A stretch of 64,000 nucleotides of DNA from Octopus sinensis. Its lineage: Eukaryota. Positions within the stretch are counted from its first letter, which is position 1. Every line of letters begins with the position of its first letter. Under the pieces are notes generated by a model. It was not told the DNA's origin, did not search any database, and saw only the letters and a list, made by a program, of their open reading frames with translations. Of this stretch, positions 13,636-25,005 are shown piece by piece. The position numbers and the translations under genes were made by a program. The stretch lies in contig NC_043006.1 of the NCBI RefSeq assembly GCF_006345805.1, forward strand, positions 56,358,001 to 56,422,000, read 5' to 3'.

Positions 13636-13720
13636 ACTGTGGACGCGTTTCGGAGTTAGATAGATATGAAAAATGCAAAAATCACATTTCCATTCCAGTC
13701 ATTCTCCTCCTCAGCACAGT
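13636..13720 (-). ncRNA. Type-I hammerhead ribozyme, intact core
   Basis: Minus strand: ACTGTG-CTGAGGA-GGAG-[48 nt]-CTCC-GAAA-CGCG-TC^CACAGT; all core nucleotides present, palindromic ACGCGT stem III. Confidence 0.9.
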
Positions 13721-14085
13721 ATTTCAGGATTTTGAATTTGAGAGCACTGAAAAAACTGAACATACCTATCCGATCCAAGTAACATCAGACAAACTATATC
13801 CAATGACCAGTACCAACGAATTCAATACATACGAATGAGGACCCGTATTCACCCTCACCCACCCACGTGTGTTGTTGAGTAAAAAATTTTACAGAAAAAA
13901 CTGTAGTTTATTATCAGGGAGAGAAATATATTATCAATAATAATAAAGGGTAACATTAATTAATTGATTAATTAATAATTAATAATTTTACCAAGTAGTA
14001 TTCGGCATATTAAAAGGACCATATACTCAGAAAAAATTCACGTAGGCAGAGAGGAAAACAACTTAATTCACACGGCATTTGATTA

Positions 14086-14170
14086 ACTGTGGATGCGTTT
14101 CGGAGTTAGATAGATATGAAAAATGCAAAAATCACATTTCCATTCCAATCATTCTCGTCCTAAGCACAGT
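14086..14170 (-). ncRNA. Degenerate duplicate of the 13636 hammerhead
   Basis: Same scaffold but CTTAGGA core, CGAG stem II base and CGCATC at stem III. Confidence 0.75.
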
Positions 14171-14338
14171 ATTTCAGGATTTTAAATTTGAGAGCACTGA
14201 AAATTGCTTTTGAGTATATGTTGTCTGGGAGTTCTTTCTTATAGTAGAATAAATAGTTAGGTTCTTTGGCTGCTATTACTAAAGTTCGGTATGTGGTGAA
14301 GCAAATCTTTTTGCTGAACCCTAATTATAATTATACTC

Positions 14339-14419
<81 letters not shown>

Positions 14420-14420
<1 letters not shown>

Positions 14421-16280
14421 AATAGAGTTAAACGCAGGTGTTATTTAAATCTGTATACTTCCGACATATGTTCCGAAGAAAACATTGGTATCATTCCAGA
14501 AGTGATCAATTGATGTAAAACAGTGCAATCTTCTCATCAGGGAAAAAAAGAGAAACAAAACGCATCAATAAGACATTTTAACCGAATGTGATTACTGCAT
14601 ATATGATGATGGGAACGCTGGTAAGTTATTTTTTAAAAAAAAAACGGTAATAGATATAGCGTCAAAGACAATTTATAGAAAGAGAAGGAGGAGGACGGAA
14701 GAAATTAGCAGAAAACTAAAAATGGAGAAATATAGAGCGATAGTTGAAAAGGGAAATATAGTGCGATAGTTGAAAAGGGAAATATAGTGCGATAGTTGAA
14801 AAGGGAAATATAGTGCGATGGGTGAATAGGGTTAGTGCGATAGGTAAATGGGGTTAGGGCGTGGAAATAGATATATTTAGTGGAAGTGAAATGTAAGAAG
14901 ACAGTTAAAGGTCGAATTTAATAGACTGGTAAAAATCGCTAATAGGAACTAATGGTATGTTTTGCCAATGTTTGCAACGATAAACGCGTTCTTTAAACGT
15001 GTTTACAAGAGGATTCTCTGTGAACAGGATGATATACAGTTCATCTTTACAGAGCGAACAAACGGATTTACCTTTATCATAAGGAAAGGATCTAGATAGA
15101 ATATTCCATTCCAAATCAAATTGTTTATTATGTTCATTTAGAGACCAAACAAATTTACTAAACTCAGAAATGTTACGTTTATTGACATGTCTAAATGTAG
15201 AGTAATGGTTAGATATTCTTTTGGACAACTGAGATGAAGAACTACCTATGTAAAAAAAAACATCAGAGCTGGAAATAATTTTTCTAGTCTTAAAGTTACT
15301 GCTAAAAAAACGAATGCGATTGGAATTTATATCAGAAATACTAATATTGTTGCTATTATTATTCAAAGAATGGTTAGTGTTAATAATATCAATGTTACAA
15401 TTTTCATTAAGTGGATTTGTATTTAACAACTTATTGTTATGTGAAGAGATAACTTGTGAAAGGTTTTTGGTGTTTGAAAACCCTATCCTGATTAGATGTG
15501 AATTGATAATAGAATAGTATCTTGAACTTTTGGGGAAATTCTTATCTATAGCTTCATGAAACTAGTAAGGGAGGTTGAATTTGATCTGCTTACCTTATGG
15601 AATTATCAACCAAACTGTTTTGCTAGGACATACCTTTTTATTAGGGTAATTATCTTTAAAATTCCTAGACGTACTTTTATAACGAACAAAACGGTCTTGA
15701 AGAACGGTTATCTCCCTTACGCTGCAGAATTCCATTACTCGATTTAGTGTTGTTATTCGAATTAAAATTTATATTGTTAATATCGTTATGACTTGATTTC
15801 ATGTCTTGATTAACAGAGGTGTGATTAATGTCAATAGGGTTGATATAGGTTATTTTTTCTTTATAGCCTGCTTTAAGTAAGGCAGAGTTATAAAATTCGG
15901 CTTTATCGTTGATGATATCAACATTGGCAGATAATCTAGACAGCCAAAGTGAAATATTTCTAACTAAATTCCTTGTAATAGCCTTCGAATGATTACTGAA
16001 AGAGCTAATATGTTTTAAATTAGCTGAGGGTTTATTGTATGGGAAATATGAATCATTATGTAAGTTAAGGGTAATATCTAAAAAGTTGGCTTTAGTTCAA
16101 AACAACGTTTAAGCCCAGGTTTCGGTAAAATTTGACAAAACTATTTTTAACCCTTTGTAATTTTTGTTTAGAAGCATTTTGAAGGTAGGGTAGACAATCA
16201 CCACGATATTGACCTCCATTGATGTTTGGGAATTGGCCAGCCACCTCATAAAGGAATTATATATATATATATATATATAA

Positions 16281-16353
<73 letters not shown>

Positions 16354-16810
16354 TGACTAAATCAGCGATTGTGCTGAATCAGAACTTTCCATCTTGACAT
16401 CAGAACTGTCGGGCATATTTTTACCGACCCACTTGTTATCAAATTTAATAGTAGATTTTCCGGTGTCTAACACGACATTAATTTCATCCTTGATGCGACC
16501 TACCTTGTTGTGTGCGAGCCAATTGTGTTGATAGAGGAATAGAGACTAGAAATGTCAAACTGCATCACAAACAGAATTTTTTTAATAACCCAACCTTACG
16601 ACTTATTTGTCCTTCTAGCTCTGATATCGGTGTTCTTAGCAAAAATATTCTAGATAAATATATTCCTACCTTATTAAAAAAAATTAAAGCTTAATCTATA
16701 GCCTAATTCCTTCCAAGTGGTCGACTGGTTTAATTCTATTAATAACAAGAAGTGCACTAAGTTTATCCAGTTTGACACTTCTAGTTCCTATTCCTCTATC
16801 AACCCAGTGA
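14420..16810 (-). mobile_element. Penelope-like element (RT + GIY-YIG endonuclease), decayed, 5' part inverted
   Basis: ORF 14905-15429 FYIGSSSSQLSKRISNHYSTFRH...SKFVWSL...WNIL...CSLCKDE...CKH is a PLE GIY-YIG domain; RT motifs QFDISSLYSSI, GQYRGD (YRDD) and NFLDITLNL; ~26-bp tandem repeat at ~14727-14830 in the 3' UTR. Confidence 0.9.
14459..14544 (-). ncRNA. Type-I hammerhead motif at the 3' end of a Penelope element (GAAA changed to GGAA)
   Basis: Minus strand: TTCC-CTGATGA-GAAGA-[49 nt]-TCTTC-GGAA-CATATG-TC^GGAA. Confidence 0.75.
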
Positions 16811-17429
16811 AGTGCCTTATTAAATAAAATGATGAGCAACCTGGTTTGATAATTGAACCTTTAGCGTCATAGTCATCATCTATGCTTCAAAACCACTACA
16901 CCGTGTCACCATTCGACAGTGAGCGAGTGTGGGAATATGTACGGTTATTTTAATGTGCGAATCTTAATTATATTTTCTGCATATTGCATTATCCCGCATA
17001 ATATATGCTTAATTGGGTGTGCGCGCTCGAGTGTGTGTATGTGCATGTTTTATGAGTGTGCACGCTTCTCGAGTTGACTAATTTAGCATTCATGTGTGTG
17101 TGTGTGTGTGTGTGTATTTGTGTGTTTGTGCGTGTGTCCGCACATGTGAGTTCGTGTGTCGCCGCGACTTGTATTCATATAGTGTGAATACTATATGCTG
17201 ATATGCCAGGACACTACATACGTAAGAATAAATTCAAATATGAAATGAAATAGAAGAAGCGCTAGCGTAACAAACATTATCGACCACATATACTCAACGT
17301 ATATGTTCCGTGTATTTGCCGACAGGTTGCGATTGGCCTGTCCGTCACTCTTGAATGAGATTTTGGTTGAGTTGTCTCGCCTGCCCTACATTTCTCTATC
17401 TATCGATTTATCTATCTATCTATAAATAT

Positions 17430-17838
17430 CACCTTGATCACCTTGACCGACCAGTCCGTCAGGCGTCCATTTGACACCACTGGTCACAGCACGCTGTCCA
17501 CACTTTTCTGGATCGCGCCTTTCTCATCCACGTGATCCCAATCGTTCTCCTGAAATCGAAACTCCACCGTCGTGGAGGCCTTCCAGGTGGTCGTTTCCGC
17601 TCGCGCGGGTACCACTCGACATCTGCGCGGGTCCACCGATTATCGGTGAGCCGGGCGACGTGTCCAGCCCATCTAAACTTGCTGCGTGTATACACTGCGA
17701 TGACATCCCTCACGCCGGACTTCTTTCTGATGATCTCGCTACTGATGTGCTCACTCAACGAGATACCAAGCATTGACCTTTCCATGGCTCTTTGAGCCGT
17801 TACCAGTCTCTGCTCTTCTCTCTTTGTGGTAGCCCATA
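17430..17838 (-). mobile_element. RTE-clade LINE, 5'-truncated 3' end
   Basis: Uninterrupted frame WATTKREEQRLVTAQRAMERSMLGIS...KFRWAGHVARLTDNRWT...WYPRERKRPPGRPPRRW, the classic RTE ORF C-terminus. Confidence 0.93.
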
Positions 17839-17854
17839 ATATATCTATTAATAT

Positions 17855-17898
<44 letters not shown>

Positions 17899-17959
17899 AT
17901 ATATATGTGTGTATGTATGTATGTATGTATGTATGTATGTACGTATGTATGTATATGTA

Positions 17960-18200
17960 CAAGATTGGCCAAAAGTCAACTAACAGTAAATCAAAACCAT
18001 TTAATTCCAAGATTTATTTATGTTTAACAACTGAATGAATTTAATAATTTAATAAAAGCATCTAAATATGAAGCATCATGGAATTCGTTCAAACTGAAGT
18101 CCCTCTTCAGTAACACATTTTTCCATTCGTGTCAATGTAGAATTACAGATAGTATTTGTGGAATTTTGATTTACTCTGGGGTGACTTTTGGCCGACCCTG
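17960..18200. mobile_element. Tc1/mariner-type MITE
   Basis: TA|CAAGATTGGCCAAAAGTCAACTAACAGTAAATCAAAA versus reverse complement of the right end CAGGGTCGGCCAAAAGTCACCCCAGAGTAAATCAAAA; TA flanks. Confidence 0.8.
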
Positions 18201-18409
18201 TATACGCACACATACACACACACACACACGCGCACTCACTCACACATACACACACACACACACGCGCATATGACGAATATATACATATATATTTATACGT
18301 GCACATGCATACGTATATATATATATGTGTGTATATGCAAATGTATATATTCGTGTCTGTGTGCGTGTGCATGCATATATATGTGTGTATATATATATGT
18401 CTGTATATA

Positions 18410-18570
18410 TTTGGTTCTGGTTTCAGTCTCACTGCATGGCACCTTGGGAAAGTGTCTTCTACTATACCCACGGGCCGACCAAAGCCTAGTGAGTGGATTT
18501 AGTAGACGGAAACTGAAAGAAGCCCGCCGTATATATACATGTATATATATATATATATATAATATATATA

Positions 18571-18643
<73 letters not shown>

Positions 18644-18855
18644 ATATATATAATATATATATATATGTATATGTTTATGTTTGGCCCCCTACCATCGCTT
18701 GGTGTGTTTACGGCCCCGTATTTTAGCGGTTAGGCAAAAGAGTCCGATAGAATAAGTACTATGCTTAAAAGTTCTGGGGTCGATTTGTTCGACTAAAGGC
18801 GGTGCTCCAGTAAGGCCGCAGTCAAATGACTGAAACAAATAAAAGAATAAAAGAA
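18410..18855 (+). mobile_element. Family-A SINE with expanded internal (TA)n
   Basis: Matches 11115-11470 with a ~150-bp internal TA-rich tract. Confidence 0.85.
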
Positions 18856-18858
18856 TAC

Positions 18859-18889
<31 letters not shown>

Positions 18890-19235
18890 TATATATATGT
18901 CTGCAAATATATGTACGTGTGTGTGTGTATATATATATATATATGTGTACGTGCATGTATGCCTATATATATGTGTGTGTATATATATACACACACACAG
19001 AGAAACACACACTCACACACACACACACACTTTTCGTACACCTTTCTAATAAATATGAACTCCTTATTCTTGTACCTTCTTTACGCTAACTTGGCAATCA
19101 GTGAACTGGCTGATGGTGATAACGACGTTACAGAGGTTTGTTTATGTGTGCATGGGCGCCCGCCTATGTGTATGTCAGTATGTGTGCATGTGCACGTGTG
19201 TAGGTGTGTGTTTATTTTACATGTAAGTTCGTATA

Positions 19236-19895
19236 TTGTGGTGGCAAAATGACTGCTGTTTAGGTGGTGCGGTAGTGGTGTCAGCTGTGGTGGTGGTTGT
19301 GGTGATGGTGTTGGTGGTGGTGATGATGATGATGATGATGATGATGATTATCACAGCGATCATAGTAGGAGAGGTTATGTTGCGCTGGCGATGGTGTGGT
19401 GGTGGTGATGGTGGTGGTGGTGGTGGTGGTGGTGGTGGTAGTTATGAAGATGATTATGGTGGTGGTGATGATGATGATGATGATATCGAGTTTTCCATTA
19501 TTCGAAGAACATTCAATTTCTGCAGTAATGGTGTTAGCTGTAACGATATTATAACAGTGGTGGTGGTGATAGTAGTAATGGTAGTGGTGGAAGTAATTTT
19601 ATATACGAGAAAGTCTAATGATGACGATGATGATGATGATGAAGATGATGACGATGATGATGATGATGATGATGATTGCAATAACTAGGCATTATCACAC
19701 TGCCGATATTGTTTGCGGCAGAATGTTGTTGTTGTTGGTGGTGGTGGTGGTCGGGAGCTGCTGGTGCTGGTAGTGGTGGTTGTTGTGGTGGTGGTGGTGG
19801 CGGTGGTGACAGTAGCAGTAGTGGTAGTAGTTGTTGTTGTAGTTGTTGCTGTTGTTGTTGTTGCTTCTGCTGCTGTTGTTGCTGTTGTTGTTGCA
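19236..19895. repeat. Compound trinucleotide repeats (GGT/GAT/GTT/GCT)
   Basis: Visible directly; accounts for the poly-V/G/D/C ORFs. Confidence 0.95.
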
Positions 19896-20621
19896 GAATA
19901 TTGCCAGATATAGTTTGTCTTGGCTATTAATAAGGAGTGAAAGTGAGAGCAGTGCGTGGGCGGCTAAATAGTGTATCACTCCCTGCCTCTCCTTCTGGAA
20001 CTATACAACATTTCGGAAAGGGAGGGGAAAGCGTGAACACAGTGGTGGAGGTTGGCGAAGCTGTAGAGTGCATGTATTAGTTACTCTGGAGTACTCGAAC
20101 TTCGATGCTTTACCATTTCAAGTTCAAATCTCGCCGTCATCGATTTTATATTTCGTATTTGTGTACCTGTTATCGCTATTCTTTAACCCCAGGTTAGCTC
20201 TGAATTAATATACCTATAACGAAACTTATTCTAGATATGACCAAAACATTTTTTTTTTCTTTGCTTTCTTTTATACTATGCATCAAAAGTAACTTTGTTC
20301 AGTATATTATTATATTTTATATGGGAAATTTGATTGTTATTTCTTGCAGTCTGTATGATGATGGGTTGGCAGAATCATTAGAGCACTGGACAACGTTCTT
20401 GGTTCAATCCCACCCACGTCGTCAACTTTGCTTTTCCTCCCTCGGGAGACGATAAAATAAATAAAACTTAGTCAAAAACTGGGGCTCGATATTATCGACT
20501 GACCCCTCACGACTACATTATAAACAGTCATCTCCAGCAGTTTTTGCGATCGCGTCGCAGCTCTTTCGTTGCTTTGGTGGTAAAAAGTAGCGGAAATATT
20601 GTTGTCCCTAAATAGATGGGG

Positions 20622-20917
20622 TGGAGGCACATAGCCTAGTGGTTAGAGCAGAGGACTCGCAGTCAAAGGACTGCGTGTTCGAATCTCAGACCGGGCGATG
20701 TGTATGTTTATGAGCGAAAGACCTAAGCTCCACGCAGAAGGTAATGGTGAACTTCTACTGACTCTTTCACCACAACGTTCCCTCACTCTCTCCATCTGCA
20801 TCATGCAGCTCATCTGCGACAGACCGGTGTCCCGTCCAGGTGGGGAACCTATACGCCAAGGAAACCGGGAAACCGGTCCTTATGAGCCAGGCGTGGCTCG
20901 AGAAGGAACAAACAAAT
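20622..20917 (+). mobile_element. tRNA-derived SINE, family C, with V-domain-like segment
   Basis: A box TAGCCTAGTGG, B box GTTCGAATC; CTGCGACAGACCGGTGTCCCGTCCAGG...GAAACCGGGAAACCGG resembles the V-SINE domain; (ACAA)n tail. Confidence 0.7.
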
Positions 20918-21042
20918 AGATGGGATGTTTTATAGTAAAACACAGAAAAAAGTACAAGTGAGGTTTTATAAGTAATACTTGAGTGTTGAATGAAATGCAC
21001 AGCTGGCAAAATGTTACTAGAATTAACTGTTGGTGTGTGTCA

Positions 21043-21672
21043 TTATTCAGTTTTATTTCAAAGATTTATTGCCAATAAAGAAAGAGCCGGTTTCTAACCT
21101 AGATCCAAAGCCACTTAATAGAAATTTTAACATCAACAGGATATCTTTGTATGTATGTATGTATGTATGTATGTATGTATGTATGTATGTATGTATGTAT
21201 GTATGTATGTATGTATAGGTGCAGATTAGTATGCTTTGTTTTATGTATTTATTCTTATGCACACAGTTGTTCATATATATTCAAATGATAAACTTCTGCA
21301 AAGTTTTACAGATTTTTCTAGTCCCAGTAATGGCTTGGATTTGTAGACTTCGAATTAGCTTTCTTTCTGGTTTCGGGAACCCTAATTTCTCAAGAAATTG
21401 TGTGTTACGTATTTCAGTGACCCAGTATTTGTAAGTATACATCTGAAATTGCAATCTGGATAGAATAACTGTAGATTTCTCAATAGTTCAGCGTAGATAT
21501 TCTCTTTTTCGCTGATCTTCAGCTTTATGTTAAAATCCGCCGGGCAGATGATTTTCATAACTGTACACAGTTTCTCTGCTGTATCTCAAATCACTGTCAG
21601 GTCTATTAAGTTTACATTTTATTGAGGTTTTCACAGGGACATTCCGCCAGTACTCATTTTTATTATGAGTCG
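21043..21672 (-). mobile_element. R4/Dong-like LINE, 5'-truncated copy A (REL domain + 3' UTR)
   Basis: LNRPD...CPADFNIKLKISEKENIYAELLRNL...LQIQAITGTRKICKT; 3' UTR contains (CATA)n. Confidence 0.8.
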
Positions 21673-21738
21673 CTATGTATGTATGTATGTATGTATGTAT
21701 GTATGTATGTATGTATGTATGTATGTATGTATATATGT

Positions 21739-24090
21739 GATTGTTCAGCTTTAATTCAAGATTTCTTGCTTATAGAATCCAAGGTTCTTTCATTGGGATT
21801 TCAACAAGGTACTTTTGTATGTATTTATGTATGTATGTATGTATGTATGTATGTATGTATATGTGCATATTTGCATTTAGTTGCATATCTAGACATGTTC
21901 ATATATATTTGAATGATAAACTTCAGCTTTATGTTAACATCCGCTGGGCAGCTAATTTCCACACAGTTTCTGTTTTCTATTCCAAATCATTATGTCAGGT
22001 CCGTTGTACTTACACATTATTGAGGTCTTCACTGGGACATTTCACCAGTATTCCCTTTTATTATGAGTGGCTATGGCTTCTACCGTACTGCAGGTTCTTA
22101 TTTATTTGTCCTCGGGGTAATCCTTCCCACGGATTTCATTATAGTGTGTCTTAACTACAACATTATGTCTCATCGGTAGATAATACCGTGATGACATATT
22201 CGGAAAACTATGTATGATTTTGGTAATATCTTCGGTGTTAACTCCACAAAGTCTGCATCGGTTGTCACATTTTACAGCTTTTCCTGCATCTCTATCCCTT
22301 TTTTGCATCAGGTATTTGGTTGATATTTCCTGTTCCTGGATTGCAAACGCATACCCTTCAAAGTGGGAGGTAGTAATCCGGCTATTGGGCCATGATAAAC
22401 TGCTTTGATGATCGATGTTACAATCGTCTCAGAGCTGTCTACTAATATATCCATGCATAGTCTTCTGCTCATATAGGCTCATCCTTCCATTTGATCATAC
22501 GTTGCGGTAGAGTCGTGGGATTACTTTATGCATGTATTCTAGGTTATCGGATAAAGAATGTTGCTCAAGGAGCTGCCTTCCAAGTCCTATGATGTTATCT
22601 GCCTCATGTATGCAAACTTGGTCAAGGGGTTGACTTCGACACTTGGTTGTTAAGAGATGTTGCCGAAGAGATGTGGATACGACATTCAGCCGCATTTTGG
22701 ACGGATGTCAAGCCTATACCGCCTTGTTTTCGTTAAAGGTAGCGGCCGTCTACGTTGCTGTTTATGTGGAAATTACGTGTGCTTGTTAGTATTTTGGGGT
22801 TTTGACATCAATGGCTCGGATCTCATCACGCGTCCAATCAAGCAGTCCAAATGTTGGTATGAGTACTGGCAGTGCAAACACATTGTGGGCCACTGTTTTA
22901 TTGAATGCGGAGAGTTTTGAGGTCCAAATTTTCTTTATTTGACTGTAATATTTGTGTTTTGTCACAGGTGTCATTGTAAGATACGTTTTCATCCATCCCT
23001 AGATACCTGTAACATTCCTCGTCAGATATAGGGGAAACAGTGAAATCATTGATGGAGATGTAGCTAGTCAAGTTTCCCCCTTTTCACGGCTATATAACAA
23101 CATTTATCCTGACCAAGCTCCAACCTACATCCTTTGAGAATGTTGTAAGTAGGTCAAGGCTATTTTTCCTCTCATGCATATTATTTGAATAAAGTTTTAA
23201 GTCATCCACAAAGAAACAGTGTGTAATTTTGTCATTTCTGTTTCTTTGTGAAACAGTGAGATATCCTTCAGACTTCCTTAGCATGAGTGACAAGGGGTTT
23301 ACAGAAAATATAAACAACATCACAAAGAGGCTGTCCCCTTGGAATATTGCGATATTGCATTCTATCAATGATAATACATTCACTCATGTTTAATTTAAAG
23401 ATGGTGGGCCATGATGATGTCAGATCAGCTATGGCTTTGACTATGCTCACTGGAACTTTAGCAAGTTGAAAGGCTTCTAGCATCCATGAGTGGAGAACAG
23501 AGTCAAAGGCTTTCTTGTAGTCAAGCCACATTGAAACTAGGTTCCTTCTATGTTCCCGCGCCTTTGACATCACAGTTTTGTTGATTAACAATTGCTCGGC
23601 ACATCCTCAGACTCCCTTCTTCCCAGCTGCTTGTTGTGCTGTGATAATGTTATCGGTTTCACAATGATTTTGGAGGATGAGGTTTAAGCATCCTATATAT
23701 ATCTGATACATTAAGTTCTGGCCGGTAGTTTTTTGCCAAGTGGGTGGTTCTGCATTTGGAGATCAATTTTGTCTCTGCCAGAGCTAACCAATGTGCCAAG
23801 CTACTGATCCCAGTGAGAGGTTGCTGGTATAGATTGATAAGATATAATCGGTAGTAGGATAGATTCTTGTACCAATATCCAACAATCAAGTCCCTTCCAG
23901 GTGCTTTTCCATCCTGGAGTTTCTGGATCACAGTTGCAAGGGTTTCACCATCAATGTTATATGTCTTGGGTGTAATGCAGGGGCAATAGTTTCAGAATTC
24001 TTCCAGCCACAGAGCATCTTAATTAAAATCCTTCTCTTCACTCCAGATTTTCCTCCAAAAGGAATCTGTCTTCTCGTGAAGGAGCTTCTG
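21739..24090 (-). mobile_element. R4/Dong-like (REL-endonuclease) non-LTR retrotransposon, copy B, frameshifted
   Basis: KAPGRD..YWYK, WLDYKKAFDSV, IFQGDSL, FFVDDLKLY, AIQEQEIST, CRLC..ED..II..RHN zinc finger, YNGPD; ORFs 22102-23931. Confidence 0.92.
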
Positions 24091-24269
24091 TGATGTTCAC
24101 TGCTCCTCCTCTCATGTCTCTGTATTCTGCTGCTTGGTTCCGGTTAAAATATTTTGCTTATTGTTCTTCTCTCGGTTATTCTCTTCTGATATCGGAGTTT
24201 TTCACTGACATACATACATACATACATACATACATACATACATACATACATACATACATACCATATATC

Positions 24270-24702
24270 TTTTACTTGTTTCTGTCACTGGACTGCGACC
24301 ATACCAGAGCACTGCCTTCAAAGAATTTGCAGTTGAAAGAATTGACCGTAACGCTTAGTTTTCAATAAAAATCTATTTAATAAAAATCTATTCTATGTGA
24401 TATCTATTCTACGCTCTCTTTTGTTGAACCGCTAAGTTACGGGGGCGTAAACAAACTAACAACGAATTAATTTCAAGCGAGGGGAGGACAAACACAAAAT
24501 CACATGGACACACCCATACATATACCTCATAATATATACATATAAATGACACGATTCATTCAGTTTCCTTCTACCAAATCCACTCACAATGCATTGGGCG
24601 AACGAGGCTATAGCTAAAGAAAATTATCTAAGGTTCCGCCCAGTAGGACTTAACATGGAAAGATTCTATGGGAAGCAAACATCTTATCACAGAGCCACGC
24701 CT
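24270..24702 (-). mobile_element. Degenerate family-A SINE
   Basis: Colinear with 170-575. Confidence 0.75.
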
Positions 24703-24927
24703 GTGTTTATATTATAACATATATATATATATATATATATGTGTGTGTTTATATTCTAATATATATGTGTGTGTGTATGTATATATATATATATATGTAT
24801 ATAGATAGATAGTAATCTAGTTATTTGTCAATTTATCTATCTATCTATACACATATATTTGTTAAAGTATGAGTGTGAATGTATGTATATTTACATACAT
24901 ACACATAGATAATATATATATATATTA

Positions 24928-24996
<69 letters not shown>

Positions 24997-25005
<9 letters not shown>

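Larger units (their letters stand above)
13342..14340 (-). mobile_element. Penelope-type pseudo-LTR complex (direct plus inverted copies), non-coding
   Basis: ~13360-13755 is repeated directly at ~13955-14203 with an internal deletion; 14208-14338 is the reverse complement of ~13453-13580; both direct copies carry an HHR motif. Confidence 0.75.

Noticed and set aside
14727-14830. CRISPR-like repeat array
   Set aside because: Head-to-tail ~26-bp minisatellite with no spacers, in eukaryotic PLE 3' UTR context.
19236-19979. Low-complexity protein exon (poly-G/D/Q/H)
   Set aside because: Repeat units shift frame and no consistent coding signal is present.
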